Source: Epiperipatus broadwayi
Taxonomy: Eukaryota > Animalia > Onychophora
Length of the DNA stretch: 64,000 nt
Reading direction: 5' to 3'
Assembly: GCA_028023455.1 (NCBI GenBank)
Contig: JAQFVV010000008.1
Coordinates: 12,152,001-12,216,000, forward strand
How positions within the stretch are numbered: position 1 is the stretch's first letter; the number at the start of each line of letters is the position of its first letter. The position numbers were made by a program, and so were the translations under genes. This document shows positions 11,468 to 24,300 of this stretch, one piece after another. A model generated the notes under the pieces. The model did not search any database and was not told where the DNA came from. It saw only the letters and a list, made by a program, of their open reading frames with translations.

Positions 11468-13104
11468 GAGTAGGCACTAGATGGGGGATTTTATACACAA
11501 GCCTTCTGGCATCCATTGATTAATCTGGCTTGCACTGAGTGACAATACGTATAGAGAGTTTTGCCTGTTTTAATTTTTTTAAAACTAATATATAATAATG
11601 GAAGACCAGCTGGAAAGCAGAATTCGTAATTAAAATATTGAATTGTGTTAAATATATTATTGATTTCATCATATTCAAGAGGATGATATATATTCCTATA
11701 ATATTGCTGTTCCCTAAGATCTTTAAAATATTGTGTCTGTAACAGAACTAAATTATTCAATCACAAAGTGATCTCAATAAGGTAAAAATAATGAGGATTT
11801 AATTATAAAAAAGTAACACTGGACTGATTTCTCTGTACATTATGATGGAAAAGTAGGTAATCTGTTTGCTTTTATTATTAAAAAATAAAGTCATCTATCC
11901 TATTACACATATATTCAAACCATTGGTGGTTTGAGAGAGTAAATCATAGCCGTCATCTTTCCTTCAGTATCAGGTGATGGAATATATATATATACACACA
12001 CAGATGAAGTGGAAAAAGCAAGATAATGCAGGAATTACAAGAAATAAAAAAAAAATTATTTTAGTATTTAAGTAACATAACAAACAACATAACTGCCATT
12101 GTTCACTAGATAACTGATCAATCTGAAATATATCTACATGTATCATTTAATTGGTTCTTTACTCTATTTGAGTTTTCTGGGTAATAGATTTCCACTGCCT
12201 TGCCTAACTGTAGCCCACCATTATGATCTATCATTTTCTACATTCTCCCAATAAAAGCAATCAATAATGCACCTTTAGAGTGAACGTGAGACAATGTTTA
12301 TGATGTAAAGTCTGCATTTTTCACAAAAATCATGTTCAAATTCATTCTAGAAATTTTTTTCTATAAAAGTATATTATTAATTATTTATTTCATATAACCA
12401 GTCTAATAAAGCTCCCTACAATACTTCTAGAAAGTTAAAGATTATAAAATATTAATTATACGATTTTACTATCATAACTTTAGAATAAACTGGATCATAC
12501 TTAAAAAAAATTAATAGCTTTCATTATATTATGAGGGCTTAGCTCTCAATTCACTATAATAAATTTAATAGAATAGTAAATCTTAAATGCAACAGTGCAC
12601 ATGTTTGTGTTGTACTTCAAAATCCAAGATCTCTATCTAAAAAAGACAACAACTACTGAGCTAATATGCATCCAAAGTAAAAGATAGTTTTTCTTTCAGC
12701 TGAATTTTTTAAATATTAATTACCAAATCCAAGTCTTTCTGTTTTACTCAAAGCAATATCAATGCTCTAAAGATTATTGAATAGGGAAGAATAGCAAAAA
12801 TTATCAGCATGCTGTAAAGTTAGAAGACAAGAAGATGAAATTATTTGTTTTTATTGATTCAAGTTAAAACTTTAGAGAGAAACCTATACTTTTTGATGAA
12901 ACTGTCTATAAACTGTTTCCCAGATCACTATTACATAAATAAAATTAAAAAAAAAAACTGAAACTAATATCTAAATCAGTTGTCAAATATCTGATTTTTT
13001 TAGAATACTTTTATATCCTATCATGCAGCAGTTATTTATTTGTTTGTTTGCAGAATAATTTTGTTTAAAATTGTGTATTTTTCAAGTGTACCCAAGTTGA
13101 CATT

Positions 13105-15233
13105 ATGCCTTCTAAAAAGTGTACTCATTACTGTATATTTGGTATATAGTTTTATTGAATCATTAATAAATAAACCATGCTAATGTGCTTATTGTTTCAA
13201 AAATCATTTTCCAATGAAGCAATAAACCATCTTGATTGCAAGAAATCTTCATACTAAACACAAAGTTATTGCTAAAAATGGGGGAGCCAATACTATTGGA
13301 GAAAAGTTATTAAAACCATGTTTCAAAGTCCTTTTATTGACAATGGTGCAGCAGGATCCAACTGATTTTTTTGAAAAATTGGCCAATTAAACAACAGATT
13401 GATGAAGTGGTTGTTGTCAAAATGCTCTGCAAGTAGGTAAGTCAACAGTTGTTGGTAATAATGTCTATCTATGACTATGTTAATTATTTTGATGAAAATA
13501 ATTTGCTGCAAGAAGAAATGCTGTTTGCCAGTAACCTTATGATGAATATAAAAGATATATCCATTTATAGTACAATTCAATCCTATTTGAAAAAAAACAA
13601 CAACATGCCATTAACAAATATAGATGCAATATCAGCAATGGTTGGCTGCTATCAATGGTTTTTAGCACATTTAAAACAAGAAGTTTCCAACATATATATC
13701 TATTGCATTATTCACAGGCAATATATTGCTGTAAAGCATATTAGCCCCAGTTTACATTTATCTTTAACAATTGTCACAAATGCAATTAACAAGATGAAAT
13801 CTTATTATAAAAGTGTATACTTTAACTCTGACTAATGTAGTCATAAATACACGAATATCATGTAGAGAAAAGCTTTAATAAAGTCTGTTTTTTTTTTAAA
13901 AGAAAAACAATGTGTGCTTAGCCGACTTTTGATTATTATAAGTCATAGACGTATATTTAAGATTAAATCTAATGGAAAAAATGATTGACTATTCAGGTAG
14001 TTTTGTAAGGATTGTGATGAATCATGTCCAATTAATTCTCCTCCAGAAGTGCAATGGTTATCAACGTGATACTGTCACATTTTGTGGAATAATCAATATG
14101 TGCCAGAAATTAAAAACACACAATTTTTTTTTTTATTTATCTGATATATTTACCAAATTAAATAAACTTAATTTACATTTCCAAGAAAAAAATATGACTC
14201 ATTGAATAAAAAAAGTATTTTGCCTATTTATTAATAAATTAAAATTGTTCAGACAAAATATGATAAGGAATTGAATCAGTTTCCTAAGTTGTTTCAATCA
14301 AAGGTGATCTTACAATTAATGATTTGAAATTACCCTTTCACACGATCTTCAACCATCCATGTCATCTCATACTGCTGATACACTTGATCACACATATGTC
14401 GAAAATATAAATAATCACTAATATACTTATTTTATTCTAAACCAGCAATTGTCAGTGGGTTTAGATTTTCATCTCCACACATATATACAATCAAAGATCA
14501 GCTTATATTAAGATAGCCAATCTTCATACTTTAATGGACAGGCTTAAAATCACTCCAGCCCACAACTTTTGAAAATCTGATGATGGAAAGCTCAAAGCCC
14601 ACCTTAGTGCCAACTTTCTCATCCTACCCATGTTGACCTGTGTGTGATCAAGTGTATCAGTAGTATGAGATTGCATGGATGGTTGAGGATCATGTGAAAG
14701 TCTGAGTTCAAACCCACCTATATATTACATATATAAGTGAAGATACGAAAAAGCCTGTAGTGGAGAAGAAAAAAAATTCATATTTTAAAATTAATGATAT
14801 TAGTCACCTTCCTATCTTCAAATTTGACTTGGAAATCCATTTTCAAGATATCATAGACCTGGAAGTGGATACATGGGTGGAGTCCTCATTTAATGTGAAT
14901 ATAACCTAAGTTGAAATTAGCTTGCAAGAAGAGATTATTACAACTAAAATATGACACAGAGTAAAATAAATTTCAATGAAGGAGGATACCCACAATTACA
15001 GCATAATAAAAAAATTCCCAGAGTTGTATCCAAATTTATGGAATATTTTCATTCCTGATAGCTTTTCCAACTTCATATTTAGTGGAAGCAGGGTTCAATA
15101 TTGTGAACAAATTTTTGATAAAGAAAACTGCTTAGATGTACAAGAAAAGCCAGACCTTCGATTATTTTTGACAAAACTAAAAACGAACATCAACTATTTA
15201 GTTAACCAACATCAAGCACAAGGTTCTCATTAA
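13105..15233 (+). pseudogene. hAT transposase remnant, Buster/Charlie (ZBED5/ZBED8/SCAND3-like) lineage
   Basis: Fragments across frames: MPSKKC...MCLLFQKSFSNEA; IAKNGGANTIGEKLLKPC; ORF 13449-13835 (EEMLFA...AMVG...CIIHRQ...NAINKMKS); ORF 14976-15233 (...DLRLFLTKLKTNINYLVNQHQAQGSH). All match typical Buster-type motifs. Many stops and frameshifts; no TIRs found. Confidence 0.85.
14335..14720. mobile_element. Older family-2 retrozyme insertion in inverted configuration, inside the hAT remnant
   Basis: 60-bp inverted arms at 14335-14394 and 14641-14700. The internal part (~14400-14640) aligns by eye with 20820-21065, including a degenerate ribozyme region at ~14416-14460. No TSD found. Confidence 0.7.
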
Positions 15234-18200
15234 AAGTAATTTTTACTAAACATTTATTTTTCATGTATACATATTAGTTATTAAATAAATATTTCTTATT
15301 TTTAAATTATTATAATTATCACAATATATACATAATAATGAGTTCAGTTCTTGCACTAGTTCAGTTTTAAATTTTATTTTATGATATTAGGAACAATTGC
15401 TCATATTTGCATTGGTGACTTCCTGCATCTAATACCATGGTTACTTCTCAATGTTATTTTTGAATATGTTCTATAAGAATATTATCAAATTTTGTTAGGT
15501 GGCAATGGGCATATTATAATCTCTCCAAAATATGTCCACCAGAATGGTAAACAAACACAATACAAATACTCTTCAGTGATATAAAATACATTCAAAGAGA
15601 GAAAGTTAGTGATTGTCGAAAAGAAAAAAAAAATAAAGTAATAGAAAGCGAATGTATTTGCCATTCAATATTATATTTTAGTAATTATTAAATCTATTCT
15701 TTTTGAACATCCAGAAAATGAGTAATTAAAAGACAGATATTAAAACTTAATTACCTATAATCATTAAAATGAAAGTCTTATCTATAAAGAGTTATATGTA
15801 TATATTAAAGATGACTGATAGGAATATTAAATAATAGTAAAAAAAAAAAAAAAGTTTAATAGGGTAATAAAAATACATTATTTTTTTGTAAAGTACACAT
15901 TTTATTATGCCATTAAAAATATTTTATTTTGCAGCCAGCAATATTTTATTTGAAAATAAATATATATAATAATAATTGTGTAGGATTGAATACCTACAGA
16001 AATAAAGAAACGGTGTGATAAAAATATGTGTGGGGGACGGCAGGAGTGTACATAAAGTGATCCTCAGACTTGACACCAACACAGAATGCTGTTAAAGGTC
16101 AATTTATGTTCCAATTGCTGAGACTTCAGTTACCATGCTAATTAAGACTGACATGGTTAACAATACGAATGCTCCTACACATACCAGACAAATAATCTAG
16201 ATGTGTGATTAAATCGAATATATGCTTCTGTCAATGTCTTCTTCTCAACCCTATTGTTGAAATGATGCTTTAAACCAAATTGCTGTATCTGTATAATGCC
16301 TAGTACCCAAATAATCCAATAGATGAATGAATTTCTGAAATAAATTGTAGACAAAAGAACAGAAAAAGTACAATCTTAAAACCCATGACTACATTACAAA
16401 GCAACTATATAAAAATCCGTATAAAATTTGAAAAAAAACTATAAAAGCCTTCTTTTTATTTACTTCCTTTTGTTAAAATATCCAAACTTAAAATGAATTA
16501 AACAGAAATTTATTAATGAACTCTTGTAAAGAACTTTAATTATTACTTTCTATAATGTAATTTAATAATTTGATGTTATATTCATGTATTATTCTTACTA
16601 ATTCATACTAGTGATTGTATCTTATATATATATGTGTGTGTTGAGTTTTTAAAAAGGGTATTCGGAAATGAATAGGCTATGAATTGTATTACTTTATTTT
16701 TAAATTTTAAAATAGAATTCAACAATCTTCGTAATTCTTTTACTTAAAGAGTGAATGTTGATATCCTTAATTATCTTTCGATACTTTGCTTGGGGGGAGA
16801 TTTACCAAATATAAAGAGTAAATTAGTTAACTAATACTGAGACAGTGTATTAGTGAAACAATTCACTGATGCTGGCACCTTAAAAGTTTGATATTAAACC
16901 ATGCACTAATAATTCTTCTGGAATAAGTAATATTAATACCCCGGATTTGGCCAAACAGATGATAGTCATGGTTTCCTAGTAATTCATTAATGTATTTATA
17001 TGAGGCCATGATTTGGTTATTCTAAATTTATTAACTATATATGTATATAAAATAAATATATACATTATATGTGTGAAGATAAATATGCAGTTTGATAAAT
17101 ATGTTAAAACCTTGTATGATTGGGGGAAACATAGTGAAACCCAGTTCAATATGTATAAATACATAATTTTAACTTTGTTTAATATTAAATTTAACTGATT
17201 TCAAATGCTTTATAATTTGTATTTTTTAGCTTTTATATTTATATATTATTTTAAAATAATATTACTTTTAAAATACTATTTTATCTTTCATTAACTTTTT
17301 TTAATATTATCTAACTCATAACATTATATATATCTACACTATAATATTTAAATTATGCAAAAAAATAAATAAATAAAATTTCTAATCCTTTCTACTGAAC
17401 TAAAAAAAAATTGTAATCTATTTCCATAATTTGTATTTTTATTAACCTATTTTTTAATACAATTTATCCAAATCTCTTTGAATACTTTTTATCAAAAAAA
17501 AAAAATTCTATTTTTTAATATAAAATTAATAACATTTAATATGTGTAATATAACCATATTAAATTTTTAATGAATAAAATTTTTACAGCAGAATCCTTTA
17601 GTATGTATAAAAAAACTATATTTTTCCATATTTATTTTTGCTAGGTAACATTCTTTGCAGTTTATTTTATAAACTCCTAATATAATTTTAAATATCTTTA
17701 TTATAACTTGTTCATTTATTTTCTAAAAAACTATTGATTTTTTAAAAATATCTATCCAATTACTCATATTTCTTTAATTTTATTTACACATTTTGATATT
17801 TTATTGTTAATCTTTATTTCAAAATATTTGTTATTTTTCATAGTAACTTTCTTATTTTTTACTACTATTTTGATATTTCTTTTGAATATTCTTTATTAGA
17901 ACAATAATTTTTATATTTATGCATTCTAAAACATATACTGCTAATTCTATATTTGAAAACAATCTGCAATATTGTTTTTACTATTAGTTTTTTATATATA
18001 TTATTGTTTCTACAACAGTTTGTCCATTTAAAAATTTTTTATAAATAAAAATATTTAAATAAACTATTTTATTTCATTGTTCTCTTTTTATTGTAAATGT
18101 TTTTATATATTTTATTAACATCTTCAATAAAATGATTGATCTGTCTTTGATTTCTATTAAATATTATTAAGATTTATTTATCTATATTTTTATTAAAGTA

Positions 18201-20835
18201 GATGTATTTTTATTATTTAAATTTGTTACAAATTATTTCTACAAATACAATGTATTGGGAAGCAGCCAATTGATAAAGTACCATATTGTATCAAAATTAC
18301 AAGAATGAAATAATCTCATTTATCATTGGTATTTCCCAAATGGCTATATTTAGGATTGATGATAATCAAGCAAGGGTCTATTCTCTTTATAATTTCAATT
18401 TAAACAGAGGCCATATTTCCTGATCATCATCATTTTCTGTCAATAAGCTTTCTGATGATGGAGTCCAAGATTGCTCAATATTAGTAACTTAGACTCATGG
18501 TAAAACCAGGACTCATATCATTTTTTATTCCAGAAGAACTACTACTAATGAGCATAGACAAAGCTCAGCTCTACAATCCTAACATCCCTGTTAATATTCC
18601 AGAAATAGCACAATTTAAAGAATGGATTCATCCACAGTACAGATAATGCTGATGATATATTTGAATGAAACAGAAAACATCAAATAACTAAATGCTTTTA
18701 TTTTAAAGAATCAATTCTTACACAGTACACATAATGCTGATATATTTGAATGAGACAGAGAACATCAAATAACTAAATGTTTGTACTATCTTAATAAAAA
18801 ATATTTAACAATTAATAAAGAATTAAAATAAAAATAAAATCATTAGCATTTCTTTCCCGTGAAATACATATATATTGAACTAGATGATTTATCCATTTCA
18901 AAAGCAACAATTGTGAAATCAAAAGATATATTTTTAAAGATTTTAAAAGAAAAGAGAAAATTGTATTTAAAAATTTTGTATTTTATTTATTTCCCATAAT
19001 ATATGTACTCTATTATAGATAAAAATTGTAAAAACATTTTAATTTAAGAGTTTTGATTGTGAGGCTTATTTCCTCATTTACTTAAATTTAATTCATGTTT
19101 AAAAGTAGATAAAAGCCCTGGATGTATTTTATGTTTAATTAAGATTAAGCAGGAGAAAGGTTTACCCTGGTCAAATATTTTTAATCAAGGTTAGGCAGGA
19201 GATAACAATTTTATATAAAAATTCCGTGTTTTTGATTGAGGATTCTAACTTTTATATTTTATAATCATGGATGATGAATGCCTTATATTTTGACAATTGC
19301 TGCCTGCATTTTATATTACAAATGCTATTATATTTTTGCAAATGAAAAATTACTGATTACTATTTACCATGCCAAAATTACATGCTACAGGAAACCCTAA
19401 AAGTATGTAGTGCTAAACCAATCCAAAGATGAACTCTGGAACTCTATAATTGTAACATCATGAACATGATCTAAAATCCTAGTCCCAAACTTATTCTAAA
19501 GATTGTCTTCATACTCCTGACCAGATAAATAAAAATCAAAAACCATCATAATGAACTCTTGATAGACCTGAATGGTGTGCACTCCATTGGAAGAAATCAG
19601 CCATACAGAACATGTCTCAAAGGTAAACAAACATTTTTATATTATAACCAGGGCTTAAAATCTTAGTTCAAATTTCTTTGCTTAAGTCTCAACTTAATAT
19701 AAAAAGAAATGTGCACCTACAATAAATTATGTAAAATCATTTAAATATCATCAATTACTTTAGAAATATTTTTATATGTATTGGAGTTTTAGTTTAAAAT
19801 TTTATATTTTAGATTTGTCCAAATGTATTGTATGTTTATGTTTTACACTCAGTTTATTTCTTTGTTATTATTATGAATTGATGTTCAAAGCTTTGGCAGA
19901 TACTATTTGTTTTCTTTTTAACTCACCTGTTCCCTATTTCAGTTGAAATTAGATTAGTTAACATGTGTTTGCATTTACTGCAGGCCATAAATCTTTTGGT
20001 TAATGATTTACCAGTTATATTGTTTCTTAAACTGTAGAGATTTTTTCTATTTCAGATTATGGAAAATTGTAAACTTTTATCTTTGCTTGTTGGAATTAAC
20101 CTTAAAAGTTGCATTGTTTGATTTCTTATGAGTGTTTGCAGGTATATGACATCTCTATTATACCCTGATGTTTGCCAGGTTTTAGGGAAAACTCACTCTA
20201 TGCTGTTCATTGACTTCCATATAAGATTATTTCTCTTTTTTTGAAATCTCTAAATAAAGGAAAGTGGAATTTGTTTAGAAAAATTGCTGACAGGAAGAAA
20301 TCATAAATCCCTTGAATCATTAAGTGAGAAAATGAACTTATCTGCTGAAGTGTTTAATGCAATAATCCTCACGTATGCTCTCTGATAAACCAAATGAAAG
20401 AATTAGAGTCAAACTTTTATATTTTGTTTGACTAATGTTTATTTTAGAATTTAATGAAATTATTTATAATTATTTTTGGCTGATGTTTGTGACTTAGTCC
20501 TGTTCCTCAATTGTCTGAACTTTAAAGATCTTTCTTTTCCTGGGTCTAGATCATCATAAATTAAATTTTTTAGGTTGACAGTGGCGCCCTCAGTGATCAA
20601 AAGAAGTGAAGGAGTGACTGATACAATATATAAATAATATAATAAACAAATTTATAAATGGGGGGATATCAATGATTGACAATTGTATAATTCATCCGAG
20701 ATACATGTTATACTAATATAATTATTATAAGTATTAGGAATTTGAACACAAATTTTCAAGCACCCTTTAAACTATTCACACTATCTCATACAACTGTCAC
20801 ACATGACAATACACATGTAAAAAAGATAAATAATC

Positions 20836-20879
20836 ACCAATATACGTATTTCATGCTAAACCAGCACTCATCAGTTGGT
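20836..20879 (-). ncRNA. Family-2 minimal type I hammerhead ribozyme with palindromic stem III
   Basis: Minus strand: ACCAA-CTGATGA-GTGCT-GGTTT-AGCAT-GAA-ATACGTAT-A-TTGGT. Stem I ACCAA/UUGGU, stem II GUGCU/AGCAU, stem III AUACGUAU self-complementary, cleavage triplet AUA. Confidence 0.88.
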
Positions 20880-21343
20880 CCAGATTATAATCTCCCACAA
20901 ATATATATAATCAGTGCTCAGTTTATATTAAGATAGCAAATGTTCATACCTTAATGGACAGGCTTCAATTTACTCCAACTTTTCAGCCATCCATATCATT
21001 GAAAATCTGATGATGAAAACCCAAATCCCATGCTGATGGCAATATTATTGCCATGCCCATGTTGACCTCAAGTCACTCTGATCCCTCATGTATAGAACCG
21101 TATCCATTTAAATACATAGAAGAGGGATGGACAGGATATAAGCTTGATATGTTTGAAAATAAGGCATTCTTCACAAACCTGGAACTTAATTGTAAGTATT
21201 AGGGATTTAAACTCAGATATTCAATGATATGGATGGCTGAAAAGTTGGAGTAGATTGAAGCATGTCCACTAAAGTATGAAGATTTGCTGTCTTAATATAA
21301 ACTGAGCACTGATTATATATATGTGTGAGAGATGATAATCTGG

Positions 21344-21387
21344 ACCAACTGATGAGTGCTAGTTTAGCATGAAATACATATATTGGT
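21344..21387 (+). ncRNA. Family-2 hammerhead ribozyme, second copy; stem III palindrome broken by a CpG-type G to A change
   Basis: ACCAA-CTGATGA-GTGCT-AGTTT-AGCAT-GAA-ATACATAT-A-TTGGT; predicted cleavage after 21382. Confidence 0.8.
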
Positions 21388-24300
21388 GATTATTTATTTT
21401 TTCTACATGTGTGTGGTCATGTGTATCAGTTGTACGAGATAGTGTGAATAGTTGAAGGGTGCTTGAAAATCTGACTTCAAATTCCTAATACTTACAATTA
21501 AGCTCCATGTTTGTGAAGAGTGCCTGGTTTTCAAATATTTAATATAATTATTATAAAAACAAATAGTTACAATTGTAAGATTCATTTATTTATATACTTC
21601 ACTGCTGATTATGTGATAATCTGTAAGTTTACAGATATTTATTGAGCCTCGATAACATCTTTGATTTTGGAATCTTCTTTAAACACAAGCATAGTTTTGA
21701 TTGTTTTAGGGTTTTCATTTAAAATGTAGAATATTTAGATATGTGTCACCATATTTCCTTATAAAATACCTCTGTAAACAGCAGATAAAGTCAGAGCAAA
21801 ATGTTTTTAGAAGAACAAACGTCATCATTACATTTTTCTTTTAGTTAGAAACATACTAAGATAATAGTAAGACAGCAATTTAGAATATTTTAGCACGTGG
21901 CAAAAGACACAAACAAAACCACAAAAGAATTTTGAGCACAGTTAAACTAACAGTAGATCAATGTTAAATGGCCATTAAATCTTAACAGTAAGCACTCATT
22001 TTTCTCTTTGTCATTTCTTTTCTCTTAGCTATCAGACTGCACAATTTATTCTGGTTCACCAATAATCTCTCTCTAAAACAAATTATTTATCACCTGACAT
22101 GGATTTTTCTGGCACCTTGATTTAATTAATATTGCCATCCAAATTCAAAATTATATTTTATAAATCAAAATTAAACTTTTATAATCACTGTGGATTATCT
22201 TACACAATATTTTAATTAAAAAACTTTTCTTAATTAAAGATTTATTTTTAATCATTGCATAAAATAAATTAAAGCATTAGAGCTAACACACACACACAGA
22301 GAGAGAGAAATATATATATAAAAGTTCAAAGCTACTTAACTTTGAAATAGTATATCTCTCCAGTTTTTAATGTATTATTAATGAGATGTTTCATCAGATA
22401 CACCTTTCCATTCTCTTTAATAAATGTAAGATTGGTTTGTAGCTCTTACCATTCATCTGAAATTTAAACCCAGTTATATTATGAAAACTAGTCCAAAACT
22501 GATATTAATAATAAATGAGATTCATTTTTATATGAAATTGCTGTGTTTTATAAATTAAAATGAGACATCAAATTAATCTGGGTTAATTTGCAATGAATCT
22601 TTAGATAAGAGCACAAACATTTTATTATAAGCTAATCATTAAGGATATAAGATCCCTAGCAAGCTTGAATATATCCCTTTTTGATTCTGTTTATACTTTG
22701 TGTTTGATTAATATTATATGGTAAATCAGGGAAGTAATTGTCAATCAATGCATATAGTTTATTACTATAATTCCAAAAATATTCTACATGACTTAAACAT
22801 AAACTTTTCTAAAGATGATGATAATGATTACCATCATATCATCACAATATAGATACTACTTAAAACTGCATCCAGAGCTCTTATATTAAGAATTCTTATT
22901 TTTTCAATAAATAGTGATGGTACATTATGCTGGAAAGATTATAAATTTATTCTTTAAAAATTTACAGCTTAGCACTGCTTTTGATCATGTTGGTCATATT
23001 CATAGAATTAATATTGCTGTATAGAAAATAGAATTTATAAGTTTATAAATTTATGTATAATATTTGTATGATAATTAAGTGCTCAAGACTTTCTTATTTA
23101 TCACATTGATGTTATTTGAAATAAACCATGCCTCTTTATATTTTCTTTTTCGATCATTGCACTTAGCACAAATAATATTAAATGGTCACAATTTAATATT
23201 AAAATCGTTTGAGCTAAGTGCAATAATAAAAAAATATAGAAGTGCACTTTATTGCAAATAACTAATATGATAAATAAGAAAGTCTCTTGCATTGCATTAC
23301 CATGCAAATAGTATATTTAAATTTATAAATGTATACACCCATGTTGAAGCAGTGTATATGTGCACACAGATATGCTAGCTTCATGTTTACTTGAACTAAC
23401 TTATCTCCTATCATATATATATATATAAAATTTATTAATATCCACACACATTAGGAATGTGCATGTACAATCTTGCATCATTTTCTAAAGTTAAAGACTG
23501 ATTGTTTAAATCATGCAATTTTATTTTAAGAAAAAAAGTATATCTTGTTAAAAGGAGAATCAATTTAGAAAAAAAGTTAAAATATTTTATACAATGGGAG
23601 ATAGGTAGCCATTAGGGAAGAAAACATAAGTGCCATATTTCTCTATCTATACATACCATCCCCTGTAATAGTTACAGTTGAACATTTTTAGACACGTTAA
23701 GGTGTTAAATGACAGTAATAGACAAAAGAAAGGAAATCTATGTGGCAGCACAAAGTACTACAGAAGCAAAAGTAAGATGGAATGGCAGTTAGAGAAATTA
23801 GATTGAAATCTATTAAAAAAACTCATGAGATACAACCCCAGGCATAAAACAATATATATATAAAATGAAAAAGGACATGTTATTATTATTCTAAAATTTT
23901 AATTATTAAAAGTATCATGATATTTATTTTAGTCTAAAAATTATTCTGAATCTTCTGATAGTTATTATTAAATAAAATATATAATCTAGAAGACATATTC
24001 ATCACCCTGCTTAAGAAGAATCACGTTAACTGTACCTGCTATTATGAACGAGTAGTCAAGAGTCAGTTTCTCCATGGCCATCAGTGAAGTTGGCATCCAG
24101 AAGAATTCCATCAAAGATGTAGAGAATCCATCCATGTCCTACCATCCTAATGCAAGCCTGAAGATCATAAATCCATCTACAAATCTATGCAGAAGTCCCG
24201 AAGCCTTACCTTATTGCTGATAAAATGTTTCAGTTTATCCAAATTTTAACTGTAACTCCATTTTATTTAACATATCTAATTAACTAGTCTTAATGTTATA

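Larger units (their letters stand above)
9931..11582. mobile_element. Hammerhead retrozyme family 1: 1.65-kb mosaic insertion of ~445-nt monomer pieces in alternating orientation
   Basis: 13-bp TSD AACTAATATATAA at 9918-9930 and 11583-11595. Minus-sense pieces at ~9931-10625 and ~10888-10970; plus-sense pieces at 10626-10887 and 10971-11574. Ribozyme cores at 10979 and 11424 are 445 nt apart. Confidence 0.9.
20731..21539. mobile_element. Hammerhead retrozyme family 2: more than one ~465-nt monomer (minus) plus an inverted partial copy (plus)
   Basis: 17-bp TSD TAATATAATTATTATAA at 20714-20730 and 21540-21556. The minus-sense piece 20731-~21219 is terminally redundant (AAGTATTAGG at 20729 and 21194, 465 nt apart). 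The plus-sense piece is ~21220-21539. Confidence 0.9.

Noticed and set aside
16050-16350. Possible minus-strand host exon (NSFIYWIIWVLGIIQ...)
   Set aside because: Splice signals are plausible, but there is no recognisable protein and no consistent neighbouring exons.
18634-18782. ~87-bp local duplication containing CTGATGA...GAAAC
   Set aside because: No stem II or stem I pairing; treated as an ordinary tandem duplication.
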